Assembly: GCA_965263355.1 (NCBI GenBank)
Contig: CBDHHL010000032.1
Coordinates: 1,024,001 to 1,088,000 of the forward strand
DNA from: Leptolyngbyaceae cyanobacterium
Lineage (GTDB): Bacteria; Cyanobacteriota; Cyanobacteriia; Phormidesmidales; Phormidesmidaceae
Length of the DNA stretch: 64,000 bases
Direction of reading: 5' to 3'
A program made the translations under genes and the position numbers. The notes beneath the pieces are model-generated. The model was not told the DNA's origin. It saw only the letters and a list, made by a program, of their open reading frames with translations, and made no database searches. Below, piece after piece: positions 41,803 through 51,187 of this stretch (the first letter of the stretch is position 1; every line of letters starts with the position of its first letter).

Positions 41803-41833
41803 GCGTTTAAGAGGCGTTTAAGAAGAATAGGGC

Positions 41834-42364
41834 TTAGATTGTATCTAAATCACCAGGGTTCTGTCGTTGACGCAAGCCAAAATTAAGCTCATTACTAGAG
41901 TAAGACGTCCCAAAGGTTTCAGCTAAGCTCACCACCTGACGCAAGGCTGAGCGAAAATTATTCGCCTGTAATGTCCCCAAAGGATGCACATATACAGCAA
42001 CGACCGCTCCATCCGTTACAGCGTAGCGAGCATCTAGGGCCGTATGAAAGTTAGCTGCCAGCATCGCCTGCACCTGCTGTGCCGTCAGCTCATCCACAGG
42101 CACCACCGGACTAAACACACGCATCCGATCATTTTGGGCATCAGCCAACACAATCACAGCCCTGCCACCGACGCTAAATTGCCACTGCCCCCTCTCCCCA
42201 TCAACGTTATCTACTTCTGAGCGCAAAATGTTGTCTAGCTGTTCAATGGTCATCGGCTGCAACCGTTCCGTTGTCTGAGCACAGGCAGCCGTAGTCATTA
42301 ACGGCATGGATGCAGCTATCAAACCAGCCACCGTGAATGCAGCTGTACGCGATAAAAAAGTCAT
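41834..42364 (-). CDS. Secreted hypothetical protein, YbjN/T3SS-chaperone-like fold
   Basis: Signal peptide; RMR..P, ANFHTALDARYA motif. Confidence 0.65.
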   Translation of the reverse strand: MTFLSRTAAFTVAGLIAASMPLMTTAACAQTTERLQPMTIEQLDNILRSEVDNVDGERGQWQFSVGGRAVIVLADAQNDRMRVFSPVVPVDELTAQQVQAMLAANFHTALDARYAVTDGAVVAVYVHPLGTLQANNFRSALRQVVSLAETFGTSYSSNELNFGLRQRQNPGDLDTI

Positions 42365-42547
42365 GGATTCAAGTAGTGAGGGTTAGAACCATCTTAAACA
42401 CTCAACATGAGCCGCCCCTGAGAGTTCCTTAAGAGTTGAAGAACTTGGGCTCTAATGATTTATGTGAACGCTAGGATATTCTCGTCCTTGCTCCAAGCTC
42501 ATCCAATCTGCCCGATCTACCCTCTTTATGCCCCAGCAGCAATAAAT

Positions 42548-45085
42548 ATGAAAATAGATATAACGGTTATATTACTACTCTTGCTAGTCTTTGGTGGTCT
42601 CATAGTCTATGTTGCCTACACTGCCACCGTAGCTAACAGCCAAAACAGGCCAGCGTCAACACCACCCACGATCACCCCCAAAAACTGGCCCACAACCAAT
42701 GGAGGTGCAGCCCTATCACCTGACATTGAGGCTCGTATTAATACGCTGATGGCGTCGATGACATTAGAGGAAATGGTAGGTCAGACCATTCAAGCAGACA
42801 TTAATGAAATTACCCCAGAGGATATTCGCAAGCATCGTCTGGGGTCGATTCTCAATGGTGGTAATTCTGCCCCCGGTGAAAATGTTCGTGCCCCAGCAGA
42901 GGATTGGTTACCTCTAGCAGATCAATTTTATGAAGCCTCCATGGATACCAGCAATGGTGGCAAGGCAATTCCCATTTTATGGGGAACTGATGCGGTGCAT
43001 GGCCACAATAATATTGTTGGAGCCACAATATTTCCTCACAATATTGGCCTCGGGGCAGCTCGCAACCCAGACCTGGTAGAACAAATTGGAGCAATCACAG
43101 CCAGAGAAGTGATTGTTACTGGTATGGATTGGACATTTGCACCAACCCTTGCAGTGGTTCGTAATACCTGCTGGGGACGAACCTATGAAAGTTATTCCGA
43201 AGATCCGGAGATTGTTGCTCAGTATGCTACAGCCATGGTAAGAGGATTACAAGGAGAACTGGGTACGGATAGTTTTCTCAGCAATCAACATATCTTGGCT
43301 ACAGCCAAACATTTTATCGGCGATGGCGGCACTCAAGGCGGTAAAGACCAGGGCGACAATATTGATAGTGAAACTAAGCTGCGAGACTATCATGGCGCAG
43401 GCTATCCCCCGGCGATTGAAGCTGGGGTACAAACCGTCATGGCGTCATTTTCTGCCTGGCATGGCCAACGTCTGCATGGCCACAAAACACTGTTAACCGA
43501 TGTGCTCAAGCACCATATGGGCTTTAACGGCTTTATCGTCGGCGACTGGAACGGTCATGCTCAAGTGCCAGGTTGCTCCCCAGAGAGCTGCCCCACTGCA
43601 TTTAATGCGGGCATCGATATGTTTATGGCCCCCGATGGCTGGCATCAGCTTTATCAAAACACCGTAGCCCAGGTGAAGTCGGGGGAAATTCCCCGCAGTC
43701 GGTTGGAAGATGCTGTGCGTCGAATTTTACGGGTCAAATTTCGCTTAGGTTTATTTGAGAAACCTAAGCCGTCAGAACGTCCCTTAGCGGGTAATTATGC
43801 TCTCCTGGGTCATCCTAATCACCGGGCAATTGCTCGTCAGGCCGTCCGTGAGTCCTTAGTTCTCCTTAAAAACCAGGAAAATCTTTTGCCCTTAAAAACC
43901 AACCAAACCATTCTGGTTACCGGTGATGGGGCCCATGATATCGGTAAACAAACCGGTGGTTGGACCCTCTCCTGGCAAGGGACTGGCAACAGCAATGAGC
44001 ATTTTCCCAACGGTACCTCTATTTGGGAGGGATTACGTAATGCGATCGCAGCCGGTGGCGGCCATGCTGTGTTCAGTGAAGACGGCAGCTATGACCAAAC
44101 ACCTGATGTCGCAATTGTTGTCTTTGGCGAACAGCCCTATGCCGAATTCAAGGGCGATTTGCCACATCTAAAATATTCATCGGATCAAGCACTACAGCTG
44201 CTCCAATCATTCCAGGCCAAAGGAATTTCCACAGTTGCTATTTTTCTATCAGGTCGTCCCCTATGGGTTACTCCCGAGGTCAATGCTGCCGATGCCTTTG
44301 TGACCGCTTGGTTGCCAGGAATTGCGGGCGAAGGGCTCGCTGATGTACTAATCCGCAAACCCAATGGTGTCATTAACGCTGACTTTAAGGGTAAACTCTC
44401 TTTCTCCTGGCCTCGCACGGCTACACAAACCAATTTAGATCGCGGCGATAACAACTATGATCCGTTATTTCCATACGGGTATGGTCTTACCTACAAAGAC
44501 AACGGCAATGTGGCCGAACTACCAGAGACATCTGGATTAGACGGTAGTGAAGCCACCAAGAGTAATGCCTTTTTTGCCCTTGGTAAACCCATGGCACCCT
44601 GGAGTCTCCAGGCCGCTATGGGAGAGACAACCAATCCAATAGTGGATGCCCGCACTACCCTTGGAGATGCCTTGGTAATTCGTGCTACCGACCGAGTTGC
44701 CCAAGAAGATGCCCAGCAGTTTGTATGGAGTGGCAAGGAAACAGCGTCAATAGCCATCACAGGCCCCGCCACAGACTACACAGCCGCTTCCCACTACAAC
44801 GATATTCTTGTTATCCAATACCGAATAGACGCCCCACCAGCAGGCCCAGTCACACTATTTGCCGAATGCGGTGGTGACTGTCGCGCTGATCTAGATATTA
44901 CCCAACGGCTGACCAATGCACCCTTAGGAGAATGGACCCAGACAGAAATCACGTTAAGCCGCTTGGTAGACGCCGGAGCAGACATGTCTAAGCTGGCAGC
45001 GCTAGGCTTAGAAACCTCAGAGGCCCTATCGCTGAGCCTATCTGACATACGGCTAGTAGCCAGTGACGAATCCCCCGGTTCATGA
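42548..45085 (+). CDS. GH3 beta-glucosidase / exo-glucanase with N-terminal TM anchor and C-terminal accessory domain
   Basis: GSILNGG, DAVHGH, WGRTYES, KHFIGDG, VGDW nucleophile, GEQPYAE, YDPLFPYGYGL. Confidence 0.92.
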   Translation: MKIDITVILLLLLVFGGLIVYVAYTATVANSQNRPASTPPTITPKNWPTTNGGAALSPDIEARINTLMASMTLEEMVGQTIQADINEITPEDIRKHRLGSILNGGNSAPGENVRAPAEDWLPLADQFYEASMDTSNGGKAIPILWGTDAVHGHNNIVGATIFPHNIGLGAARNPDLVEQIGAITAREVIVTGMDWTFAPTLAVVRNTCWGRTYESYSEDPEIVAQYATAMVRGLQGELGTDSFLSNQHILATAKHFIGDGGTQGGKDQGDNIDSETKLRDYHGAGYPPAIEAGVQTVMASFSAWHGQRLHGHKTLLTDVLKHHMGFNGFIVGDWNGHAQVPGCSPESCPTAFNAGIDMFMAPDGWHQLYQNTVAQVKSGEIPRSRLEDAVRRILRVKFRLGLFEKPKPSERPLAGNYALLGHPNHRAIARQAVRESLVLLKNQENLLPLKTNQTILVTGDGAHDIGKQTGGWTLSWQGTGNSNEHFPNGTSIWEGLRNAIAAGGGHAVFSEDGSYDQTPDVAIVVFGEQPYAEFKGDLPHLKYSSDQALQLLQSFQAKGISTVAIFLSGRPLWVTPEVNAADAFVTAWLPGIAGEGLADVLIRKPNGVINADFKGKLSFSWPRTATQTNLDRGDNNYDPLFPYGYGLTYKDNGNVAELPETSGLDGSEATKSNAFFALGKPMAPWSLQAAMGETTNPIVDARTTLGDALVIRATDRVAQEDAQQFVWSGKETASIAITGPATDYTAASHYNDILVIQYRIDAPPAGPVTLFAECGGDCRADLDITQRLTNAPLGEWTQTEITLSRLVDAGADMSKLAALGLETSEALSLSLSDIRLVASDESPGS

Positions 45086-45338
45086 TAGACATAAGTAACC
45101 TATTTCAGCGGGTAGCATTGTAAATGGGGATTTTTATCAAGCCAACCGTAGGTGGCTGGTAGAATACTAAGATGAGGCGTTGCCAATCTTTAGGAAAGAA
45201 TATTTAATCTGCAAGAGTTTGCTCTATGGCATTTTTAACAGATTGAATTATCCTCCAAACCTGCAATGGCCCAATAGATACATGGCATTATAGTTGTTTA
45301 TTCGTAATATAACTCTTTATTCTGAGTTTAGTCTGAGT

Positions 45339-45776
45339 ATGGTATCCGATATTCGATCACAAGCGGTTCAATTGGTCGAAACCTTGCCAGAAAAACAACT
45401 GGCCGATGCCGTGAGATTTTTAGAATTATTATCTAAACTGGAAATGTATGTTCCTAAGACAGAGCGGGAGACTGAGTTGGTTTCGACCATCCAACGTCGC
45501 CTATCTTCTGAAGAGCAGCAGCGGTTGGATCACTTACGCGATCGCAACCAGCAGGGTGACTGCCTTACGGAATCTGACTATCAAGAACTGATTCGATTAG
45601 AAGACGAACTAGAAAAGTTCGCCGTCGACAGATTAAACGCGTTGATCCAGCTAGCTGATCTGACTAATATCGGATTGGCAACCCTTAACCAAAGATTTAA
45701 GGCAATGCCGCCAAACTCCCATGCCATCGAACCGGGAGCGTCTCACATCCCTGACCAAACGAACCGTTCAGACTAG
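45339..45776 (+). CDS. Hypothetical helical protein overlapping HNH gene
   Basis: ORF track; ATG 45339 likely start; overlaps HNH start. Confidence 0.65.
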   Translation: MVSDIRSQAVQLVETLPEKQLADAVRFLELLSKLEMYVPKTERETELVSTIQRRLSSEEQQRLDHLRDRNQQGDCLTESDYQELIRLEDELEKFAVDRLNALIQLADLTNIGLATLNQRFKAMPPNSHAIEPGASHIPDQTNRSD

Positions 45777-46155
45777 AGCTAAAAATTATTGCGAGTATTG
45801 CCATTGTCCTGGAGACTATGCAACTGATAGTTTCACCGTGGATCACATACTGCCCCGATTAAAGGGCGGTTCCAATCAGCTAAACAACTTGGCCTGGGCC
45901 TGCTTTGGCTGTAATGGACGCAAACAAGCCCGGACCCAAGCCATCGATCCAGAAACTGGCAAACTGGCTAATTTTTACAACCCACGCACTCAACGCTGGG
46001 CTGACCATTTCCGCTGGAACAAAGACACAACCGTGATGGTGGGCAAAACCCCTGAAGGCCGCGCCACCATTGAAGCTCTCAACATTAACCGCCCCAATAT
46101 CGTGAACCTACGCCGCTTGCTGATCGCAGTCGGCCTACATCCCCCCTATCTCTGA
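45721..46155 (+). CDS. HNH endonuclease
   Basis: CEYC, DHILP..GG...NLAWAC..CN, NPR...W.DHF.W. Confidence 0.92.
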   Translation: MPSNRERLTSLTKRTVQTRAKNYCEYCHCPGDYATDSFTVDHILPRLKGGSNQLNNLAWACFGCNGRKQARTQAIDPETGKLANFYNPRTQRWADHFRWNKDTTVMVGKTPEGRATIEALNINRPNIVNLRRLLIAVGLHPPYL

Positions 46156-46207
46156 ATTTGAGGCTCACACCCAAAAAGGTTTATAACAACTAGCCCAGAA
46201 TATATAT

Positions 46208-46362
46208 AATCGTTCCCGCCGTACCCCCAACTTATGCCATTGGGAATAACCCAGTACGGCGGGTTGTAGAGCGGCGTTCCGGCTCTGCCCACGGGAAATC
46301 CCAGTTTGCCTAAAAGAGATAGCTTAAGTGCATCCGGAAAGGGAACACGGAGGGCTCCCAAG
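46208..46362 (-). ncRNA. Structured RNA, probable 6S RNA (SsrS/SsaA)-like
   Basis: On minus strand CCCUCCGUGUUCCC pairs with GGGGGUACGGCGGG using GU pairs; GGGAG, GCACUUAA, CUCUUUU, CCGGAAC blocks resemble cyanobacterial 6S from memory; ends approximate. Confidence 0.55.
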
Positions 46363-46503
46363 CAACACATTTAGCCTCCCTCCAGAATATGGACAACCAA
46401 TGTTTTCGTAACGTCAGACCTATGACATTAGCAATTACCCAACACATTTAGTTTTAGAACAGCGTTAAATTTGTTATCCCTACCAAGTTCACACACTGCA
46501 AAC

Positions 46504-46554
46504 AAGTGACAAAAGTCATATTGCAATTATCTCACACCATGACTTTTGTCACTT
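46504..46554. promoter_or_regulatory. 16-bp perfect inverted repeat, each arm a TGAC-N4-GTCA palindrome (operator or terminator)
   Basis: AAGTGACAAAAGTCAT-N19-ATGACTTTTGTCACTT. Confidence 0.55.
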
Positions 46555-46578
46555 TATAAACTCTCTCTCATAAAAAAA

Positions 46579-47211
46579 TCACTCTTCCCCAAGCAAATTA
46601 TTCGCCCCATACAAAAATATGCCTGCCCCCAGCCAGATGCTCCCTGCAAAAAAGCTAGGATCTGGACTAAAGTAGTAAGCCAATCCATCGGAACAAATTA
46701 GGCCCAAACCAATGGCCATCTTCCGCACATCATTGCTTAAATGGCGAACTTTCTCCTGATTGGCTTGGTTAGAAATCTCATCGGTCAATTCACCTAAGCT
46801 CCGCCGAAAGACTAATATTTGATTCAACAAATCATCGGTGGACCTCAATTCAACCGGCTGTTCCTTACAATCTTCTACAATCTGGAGTGCAGAATCATCC
46901 ACCCGACTCAGCCAACCCTGTTCAGATTCTGACATTTCAGGCTCCATCGTACCGCCCTGCCATTCATGATCCACCTCTAGCAGCAAGCCGTCCTTAGGAT
47001 TTAAATACTTCTTCAGGGTTTTAGAACATTTATCGACCAGCCAAATTAACTCCTCAGAATACCGCTGCAGTTCCTCTGGGTCCCCCTTCAGCGCCTCTAA
47101 CTTTAGCTCCAGCCGACGAGCCTGTCTGATAAATTTTTCGGCATTTAGCAAAAGGTTTTTGCGATCATTGGCAACCATTTTTTGCGATCGCACTTTCTTC
47201 TTATTAGCCAT
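46579..47211 (-). CDS. Hypothetical helical protein with C-terminal hydrophobic segments
   Basis: 210-aa ORF; no family recognised. Confidence 0.6.
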   Translation of the reverse strand: MANKKKVRSQKMVANDRKNLLLNAEKFIRQARRLELKLEALKGDPEELQRYSEELIWLVDKCSKTLKKYLNPKDGLLLEVDHEWQGGTMEPEMSESEQGWLSRVDDSALQIVEDCKEQPVELRSTDDLLNQILVFRRSLGELTDEISNQANQEKVRHLSNDVRKMAIGLGLICSDGLAYYFSPDPSFFAGSIWLGAGIFLYGANNLLGEE

Positions 47212-47376
47212 TAATCTGCGTAGAGCACTCCCATGGATTATTACCCCTCTTTATTCATACTAAAGCCAGAAAAATCGGGGCAACTCCAGAAAGTCTAAGT
47301 TATCCCCACCGCCGATGATGGCCAATTATTTGAGGGAAGTATAATGGAGCTATTCCCATGTTTGCCTGAGGTTGAC

Positions 47377-47700
47377 ATGACCGACAATTCTGAGTCCCGT
47401 CTAGATCGCCTGGAATCTCTGATGACTCAATCAGGGGAAATTATTTTACGAACGACTGAACTGGCCCAGCAAAACTCGGAGCAGATAGGTCGTCTAGGGA
47501 CACTCGTACAGCAAAACTCGGAGCAGACCAATCGTCTGGAGCAGCTCGTACAGCGAAGTTGGGAACAGGGCACCTACTTCAGCAAACGATGGCCCAGCTA
47601 GCTTTGCAGGCTGCTAGCGATCTCGCCGAATTTGAGCAACATAGGCGTACCACCGAGGCTGCATTATCCAAGATAGATCGCGTGCTTGACTATAAAACAA
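47377..47700 (+). pseudogene. Frameshifted coiled-coil hypothetical
   Basis: SRLDRLE start, duplicated QQNSEQ; LLQQTMAQLAL...LSKIDRVLDY continues in another frame. Confidence 0.5.
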
Positions 47701-47901
47701 GCTTATCAGCTTTGATAGAGGTATCTTTAGATTGAGGGGTGTAGACAATGGCCATAGATACTGCTCGATAATCTGTCTTGGGTCAGCACCCAATTGAGCT
47801 TTATAAGCAAATTAAACTTTAAACCGCTAGAGCAGCGTATCTCAGCCCAGGCTAGCTTACCATGAGTAATTTGCAGGCTTTTCGTAAGAATGCGATAGAC
47901 A

Positions 47902-48306
47902 ATGAAATTTCGAAATATAGCGTTATCTGCTCTAATAACAGTATTGCCCCTTATCACCTTGGGTCAACGACCTGCCAAAGCACAGAAATATTGTGAGACT
48001 GTTGATCTTAGCTATGATGGCGGACCAGTTTTTAATATCTACGCAGGCGACACATTTGACGATCCATTCGGGCCAGCAACTATTATAGGCGAAGCTGATG
48101 GTTCTCGCGTAAATGTTCGTCGTACCCCTGGTGGTTACCATGATGGTACCTATGGTCTTGTTGGTGAAACAGTCGATGTACTCGGCTTTGGGTATGGCAC
48201 TAATTGCGATTTCTGGTTGAAAACACGTTTTCCAGACTCAGGTTATGTCGGTTGGATTCATTCTGATTATATCCAAACGCATGATGGGCGAGGACTTTGG
48301 GGTTAG
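47902..48306 (+). CDS. Secreted protein with bacterial SH3 domain
   Basis: Signal peptide (AKA), SRVNVR..P, W.K.RF...G..GWIHSDYI. Confidence 0.8.
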   Translation: MKFRNIALSALITVLPLITLGQRPAKAQKYCETVDLSYDGGPVFNIYAGDTFDDPFGPATIIGEADGSRVNVRRTPGGYHDGTYGLVGETVDVLGFGYGTNCDFWLKTRFPDSGYVGWIHSDYIQTHDGRGLWG

Positions 48307-48408
48307 CTACTGGATGACTCTAGGGGATTTACATTAGTTGAGTAGCGATGCAAACGCTTACTGACGGATCAGTGACGTTTTAAACACTTGACGACTTCCT
48401 GAAATTTG

Positions 48409-48422
48409 GTAACAATAGATAC
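48409..48422. promoter_or_regulatory. NtcA binding site over the probable -10 region
   Basis: GTA-ACAATAGA-TAC (GTA-N8-TAC), 15 nt downstream of TTGACG at 48388-48393. Confidence 0.75.
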
Positions 48423-48430
48423 AGAAGTAA

Positions 48431-48527
48431 AACGTTCGTGATCAATTCATTTATACTCTTATTGAATGAGCTGGCTCATGGAAGTAGGCAACAGCGCTCT
48501 CAAGCACTGTAATCCGAAGGAACGCAC
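48431..48527 (+). promoter_or_regulatory. Glutamine riboswitch class I (glnA RNA motif)
   Basis: P1 CGUUC/GAACG, P2 hairpin, GGAAGUAGG, P3 ACAG/CUGU, CCGAAGGAACGC. Confidence 0.85.
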
Positions 48528-48571
48528 CTCAATTTCTAGACACATCACATTTTATTGAGGAGGATAATCCT

Positions 48572-48715
48572 ATGAACTTGCATTCCGTAAATCCCTTAAT
48601 CACTGTTACAAGCAAAGAGCGATTCCTGAAGCATGCAAATCGTCAACAGGCGCGCAATCGTCAGCGCTCTGTTTTGATGCGTACGATTCAGCAAATTGCT
48701 CCCGACCAAGTTTAG
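48572..48715 (+). CDS. 47-aa glutamine synthetase inactivating factor-like (IF7/IF17-like) microprotein
   Basis: MNLHSVNPLITVTSKERFLKHANRQQARNRQRSVLMRTIQQIAPDQV*; RBS GAGGAGG; NRQRSVLMR resembles IF7 NRQQSMLSR. Confidence 0.75.
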   Translation: MNLHSVNPLITVTSKERFLKHANRQQARNRQRSVLMRTIQQIAPDQV

Positions 48716-48743
48716 TCACTGTTATCTCTACTTTTTGAATTTT

Positions 48744-48777
48744 AGGGGGCCTGATCGATGGATCAGCCCCCTTTTTT
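48744..48777 (+). terminator. Intrinsic terminator after the microprotein
   Basis: AGGGGGCCTGATC-GATG-GATCAGCCCCCTTTTTT. Confidence 0.85.
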
Positions 48778-49093
48778 GTGGATAAGCCTCTAACGCACGA
48801 CAGAGATATGCGCCTCAAATCATCTGGCCCGAGGGCACGCAGGTGAGCCGTCGGGCGATACATAAAGCGGTATTTGAATCGCCCTGGCATCGGGAACCCT
48901 GATGTGCCGTCATCGGGAGTTGATGACTCCGCAGTATCGAGGGCGTGGACGAGCGGAGATTAGTCTGGATTGGACCTATTCGTATCATCCGTAGTCGCAG
49001 ATCTTCCGAAGGGCAGTATCCTCAAGCCGATTATGCCTTCGACCAGGGAGTTTTGCCCCGTCCGTTAACTGAAGTGATTGAAGCCAAGGGTAA

Positions 49094-49390
49094 ACAGAAG
49101 CATCATGGGGAAATCTTTGTAAAGTAGGCAGCCTAGAAAATCAAGCCCAAGCTGTTCTGTTTGCCTGCGAAGAAGCGATTAAACGGGCTCCTTTTAGACC
49201 TGTCGATAACCGTGGTCTGGCCTATGCCCTTACAGGCAAGACTCAAGAGGCCGTTACCGACTTCAACGCCTTTATCGACCGAACAACGGATGAAGAAGCA
49301 AAAGCCCAACGTCAGCAATGGGTTGATGCCCTAGAAAAAGGAGAAAATCCATTTACACCCGAGGTACTTAAGTCTCTCCGCGAAGAATAG
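49094..49390 (+). pseudogene. Orphan C-terminal TPR-like tail of a large repeat protein
   Basis: WGNLCKVGSL..QAQAVLFACEEAI...DNRGLAYALTG...QRQQWVDALEKGENPFTPE; no ATG/GTG/TTG start in frame, in-frame stop upstream. Confidence 0.65.
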
Positions 49391-49499
49391 CGTGCTCCTC
49401 CATGTGGATTGGACAGTAACAGCACTTTATAGCCATCCCAGCAACTATGCTCCTCAAGCTAAAATTATAGAGAAACGCTGACCTTGCAACCCTTAGCCT

Positions 49500-50156
49500 A
49501 TGTCCGACCCAGTCACCCTCGAAGACATCTACGCCCTCTTCCAACGCTCACAGGAAGAAGCCGATCGACGCTTTGCCGAAGCCGATCATCAAGCTACCAA
49601 ATTCAGAGCTGATTTTGAGCCCAGTCTGGCCGAGTCTCGAGCTGACTTTGATCGGCGTATGGCTGAGTCTAAAGTCGAGGCTGACAAACGATTAGCTAAA
49701 GCTGAAGCAATTGCAGCTCAAGCTAACCAAGCCGTTAATAACCTGAGTAGTCGCTGGGGGCGGTTTGTCGAAAATATAGTTGCACCCGCTGCATTACGTT
49801 TATTTCAAGACCAGGGCATGGCAGTGCAAGAAATCTATCAGCGAGTCCGCTCAGCTCGAGGTAACCTAAACCTAGAAATCGACATTCTCCTAGTCGATGA
49901 TGATGTAGCGGTAGCCATCGAAGTAAAATCCCGACTTAACCAAGACAGTGTTCGCCAGGTCTTACGTAGTTTAGAACAATTTAAGGTAGCCTTTCCACGC
50001 TATGCTAGCTACCGACTTTATGGAGCAGTGGCTGCTATCGAAATTGATAAAGATGTGGATACCTATGCCTACAATCAGGGTCTGTTTGTTATTCAACAAT
50101 CAGGCAACAGTGTAGAAATTAGCAACAAGTCAGGTTTTGTTCCCCACGCATGGTGA
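49500..50156 (+). CDS. Coiled-coil + PD-(D/E)XK-like protein (DUF3782-like)
   Basis: RWGRFVE, EIDILL, AIEVKSRL. Confidence 0.8.
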   Translation: MSDPVTLEDIYALFQRSQEEADRRFAEADHQATKFRADFEPSLAESRADFDRRMAESKVEADKRLAKAEAIAAQANQAVNNLSSRWGRFVENIVAPAALRLFQDQGMAVQEIYQRVRSARGNLNLEIDILLVDDDVAVAIEVKSRLNQDSVRQVLRSLEQFKVAFPRYASYRLYGAVAAIEIDKDVDTYAYNQGLFVIQQSGNSVEISNKSGFVPHAW

Positions 50157-50165
50157 TTCCCCCCA

Positions 50166-50341
50166 CGTAGGTTGGGTTGCACCCCACCCAACTCTCTCTC
50201 CTTTACCAAACCCTTCGCAAACCCAACATTGCCGATCCCCCAAAGACCGATTATTGGTTGATACCGTTGATGGGTATTGGGTATCGGCGGTGAACCGTTA
50301 TGGATTGGCATGTTGGGTTTCGTGCCTCAACCCAACCTACG
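50166..50341. repeat. GTAGG-type REP/MITE-like element, copy 2
   Basis: CGTAGGTTGGGTT...AACCCAACCTACG terminal inverted repeat; degenerate relative near 52861-53008. Confidence 0.7.
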
Positions 50342-50400
50342 ATCTACGATTGCTAAAATAATTGGACCTTATCCTGTCACCGTTCATATACCGTTATGTT

Positions 50401-51039
50401 ATGGTCCGCATCGCCCCGATTATTTCACAGCCACCACCACCGCCTGTTGGCGAAAAACGATTTCTGTTTCGTTCTCTCGACTGGCAGCGTTACCAAACCC
50501 TACGCAAAACGCTGAGTCGCGATCGCAACGTCCGTTTCACCTACATGAACGGGATATTGGAAGTTACCATACCACTTGAAATTCATGAATTCTCGGCTCG
50601 AATGATTGAGCTGTTTATCCGTATTTTGGTCGTAGAACTAGGCATGAAGGTAAAAACCATGGGCTCAACTACCCTGGATCGGGAGATATTAGATAAATCC
50701 GCTGAACCTGACAATGCTTACTACATCCAGAACCAGCCCCTGGTCGCTGGTCGGGATGTCAATCTAGAGCAAGATCCACCACCAGATTTAGTCGTAGAAG
50801 TCGATATCACCCACACCGATATCAACAAATTATGCCATGGGAGTGCCAGAGTTTTGGCGCTATAACGGCGAAGTCTGGCGCATTTATGCTCTGCGTGATG
50901 GAGTGTATGAGGAAGTAGAGGCGAGTCCTACGTTCCCATCGGTACCGAAGGTGAAACTGTATGAGTTTTAGCAACGGCTAGACAAGATGAGGTAGACGCT
51001 GAATTAGCGTTAAGAAAATGGGTTCGGTCTATTGGATGA
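50401..51039 (+). pseudogene. Uma2-family endonuclease, two frameshifts
   Basis: GSTT, EPD..YY, PPPDLVVEVD; MGVPEFWRYNG and ARQDEVDAE continue in other frames. Confidence 0.8.
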
Positions 51040-51187
51040 AGTAATTGCTAATTTTCGGCCATCCAAGCTAAAAAGGCCAAAATTAAGGCTGCTCCCTACC
51101 CCAGGCTACAGCCTTAATTTAAAGTTAATCGTGATGTACTATTTATTACAGAATATTAACTGTATTCTAATGTCAAGCCTCTAACCA

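Noticed and set aside
46146..46370. 74-aa ORF as a protein gene
   Set aside because: No recognisable motif and it spans a strongly base-paired region; RNA preferred, though the RBS-like GGAGG means it is not excluded
48790..49093. Possible gene fragment or structured RNA after the terminator
   Set aside because: Interrupted frames and no recognisable motif
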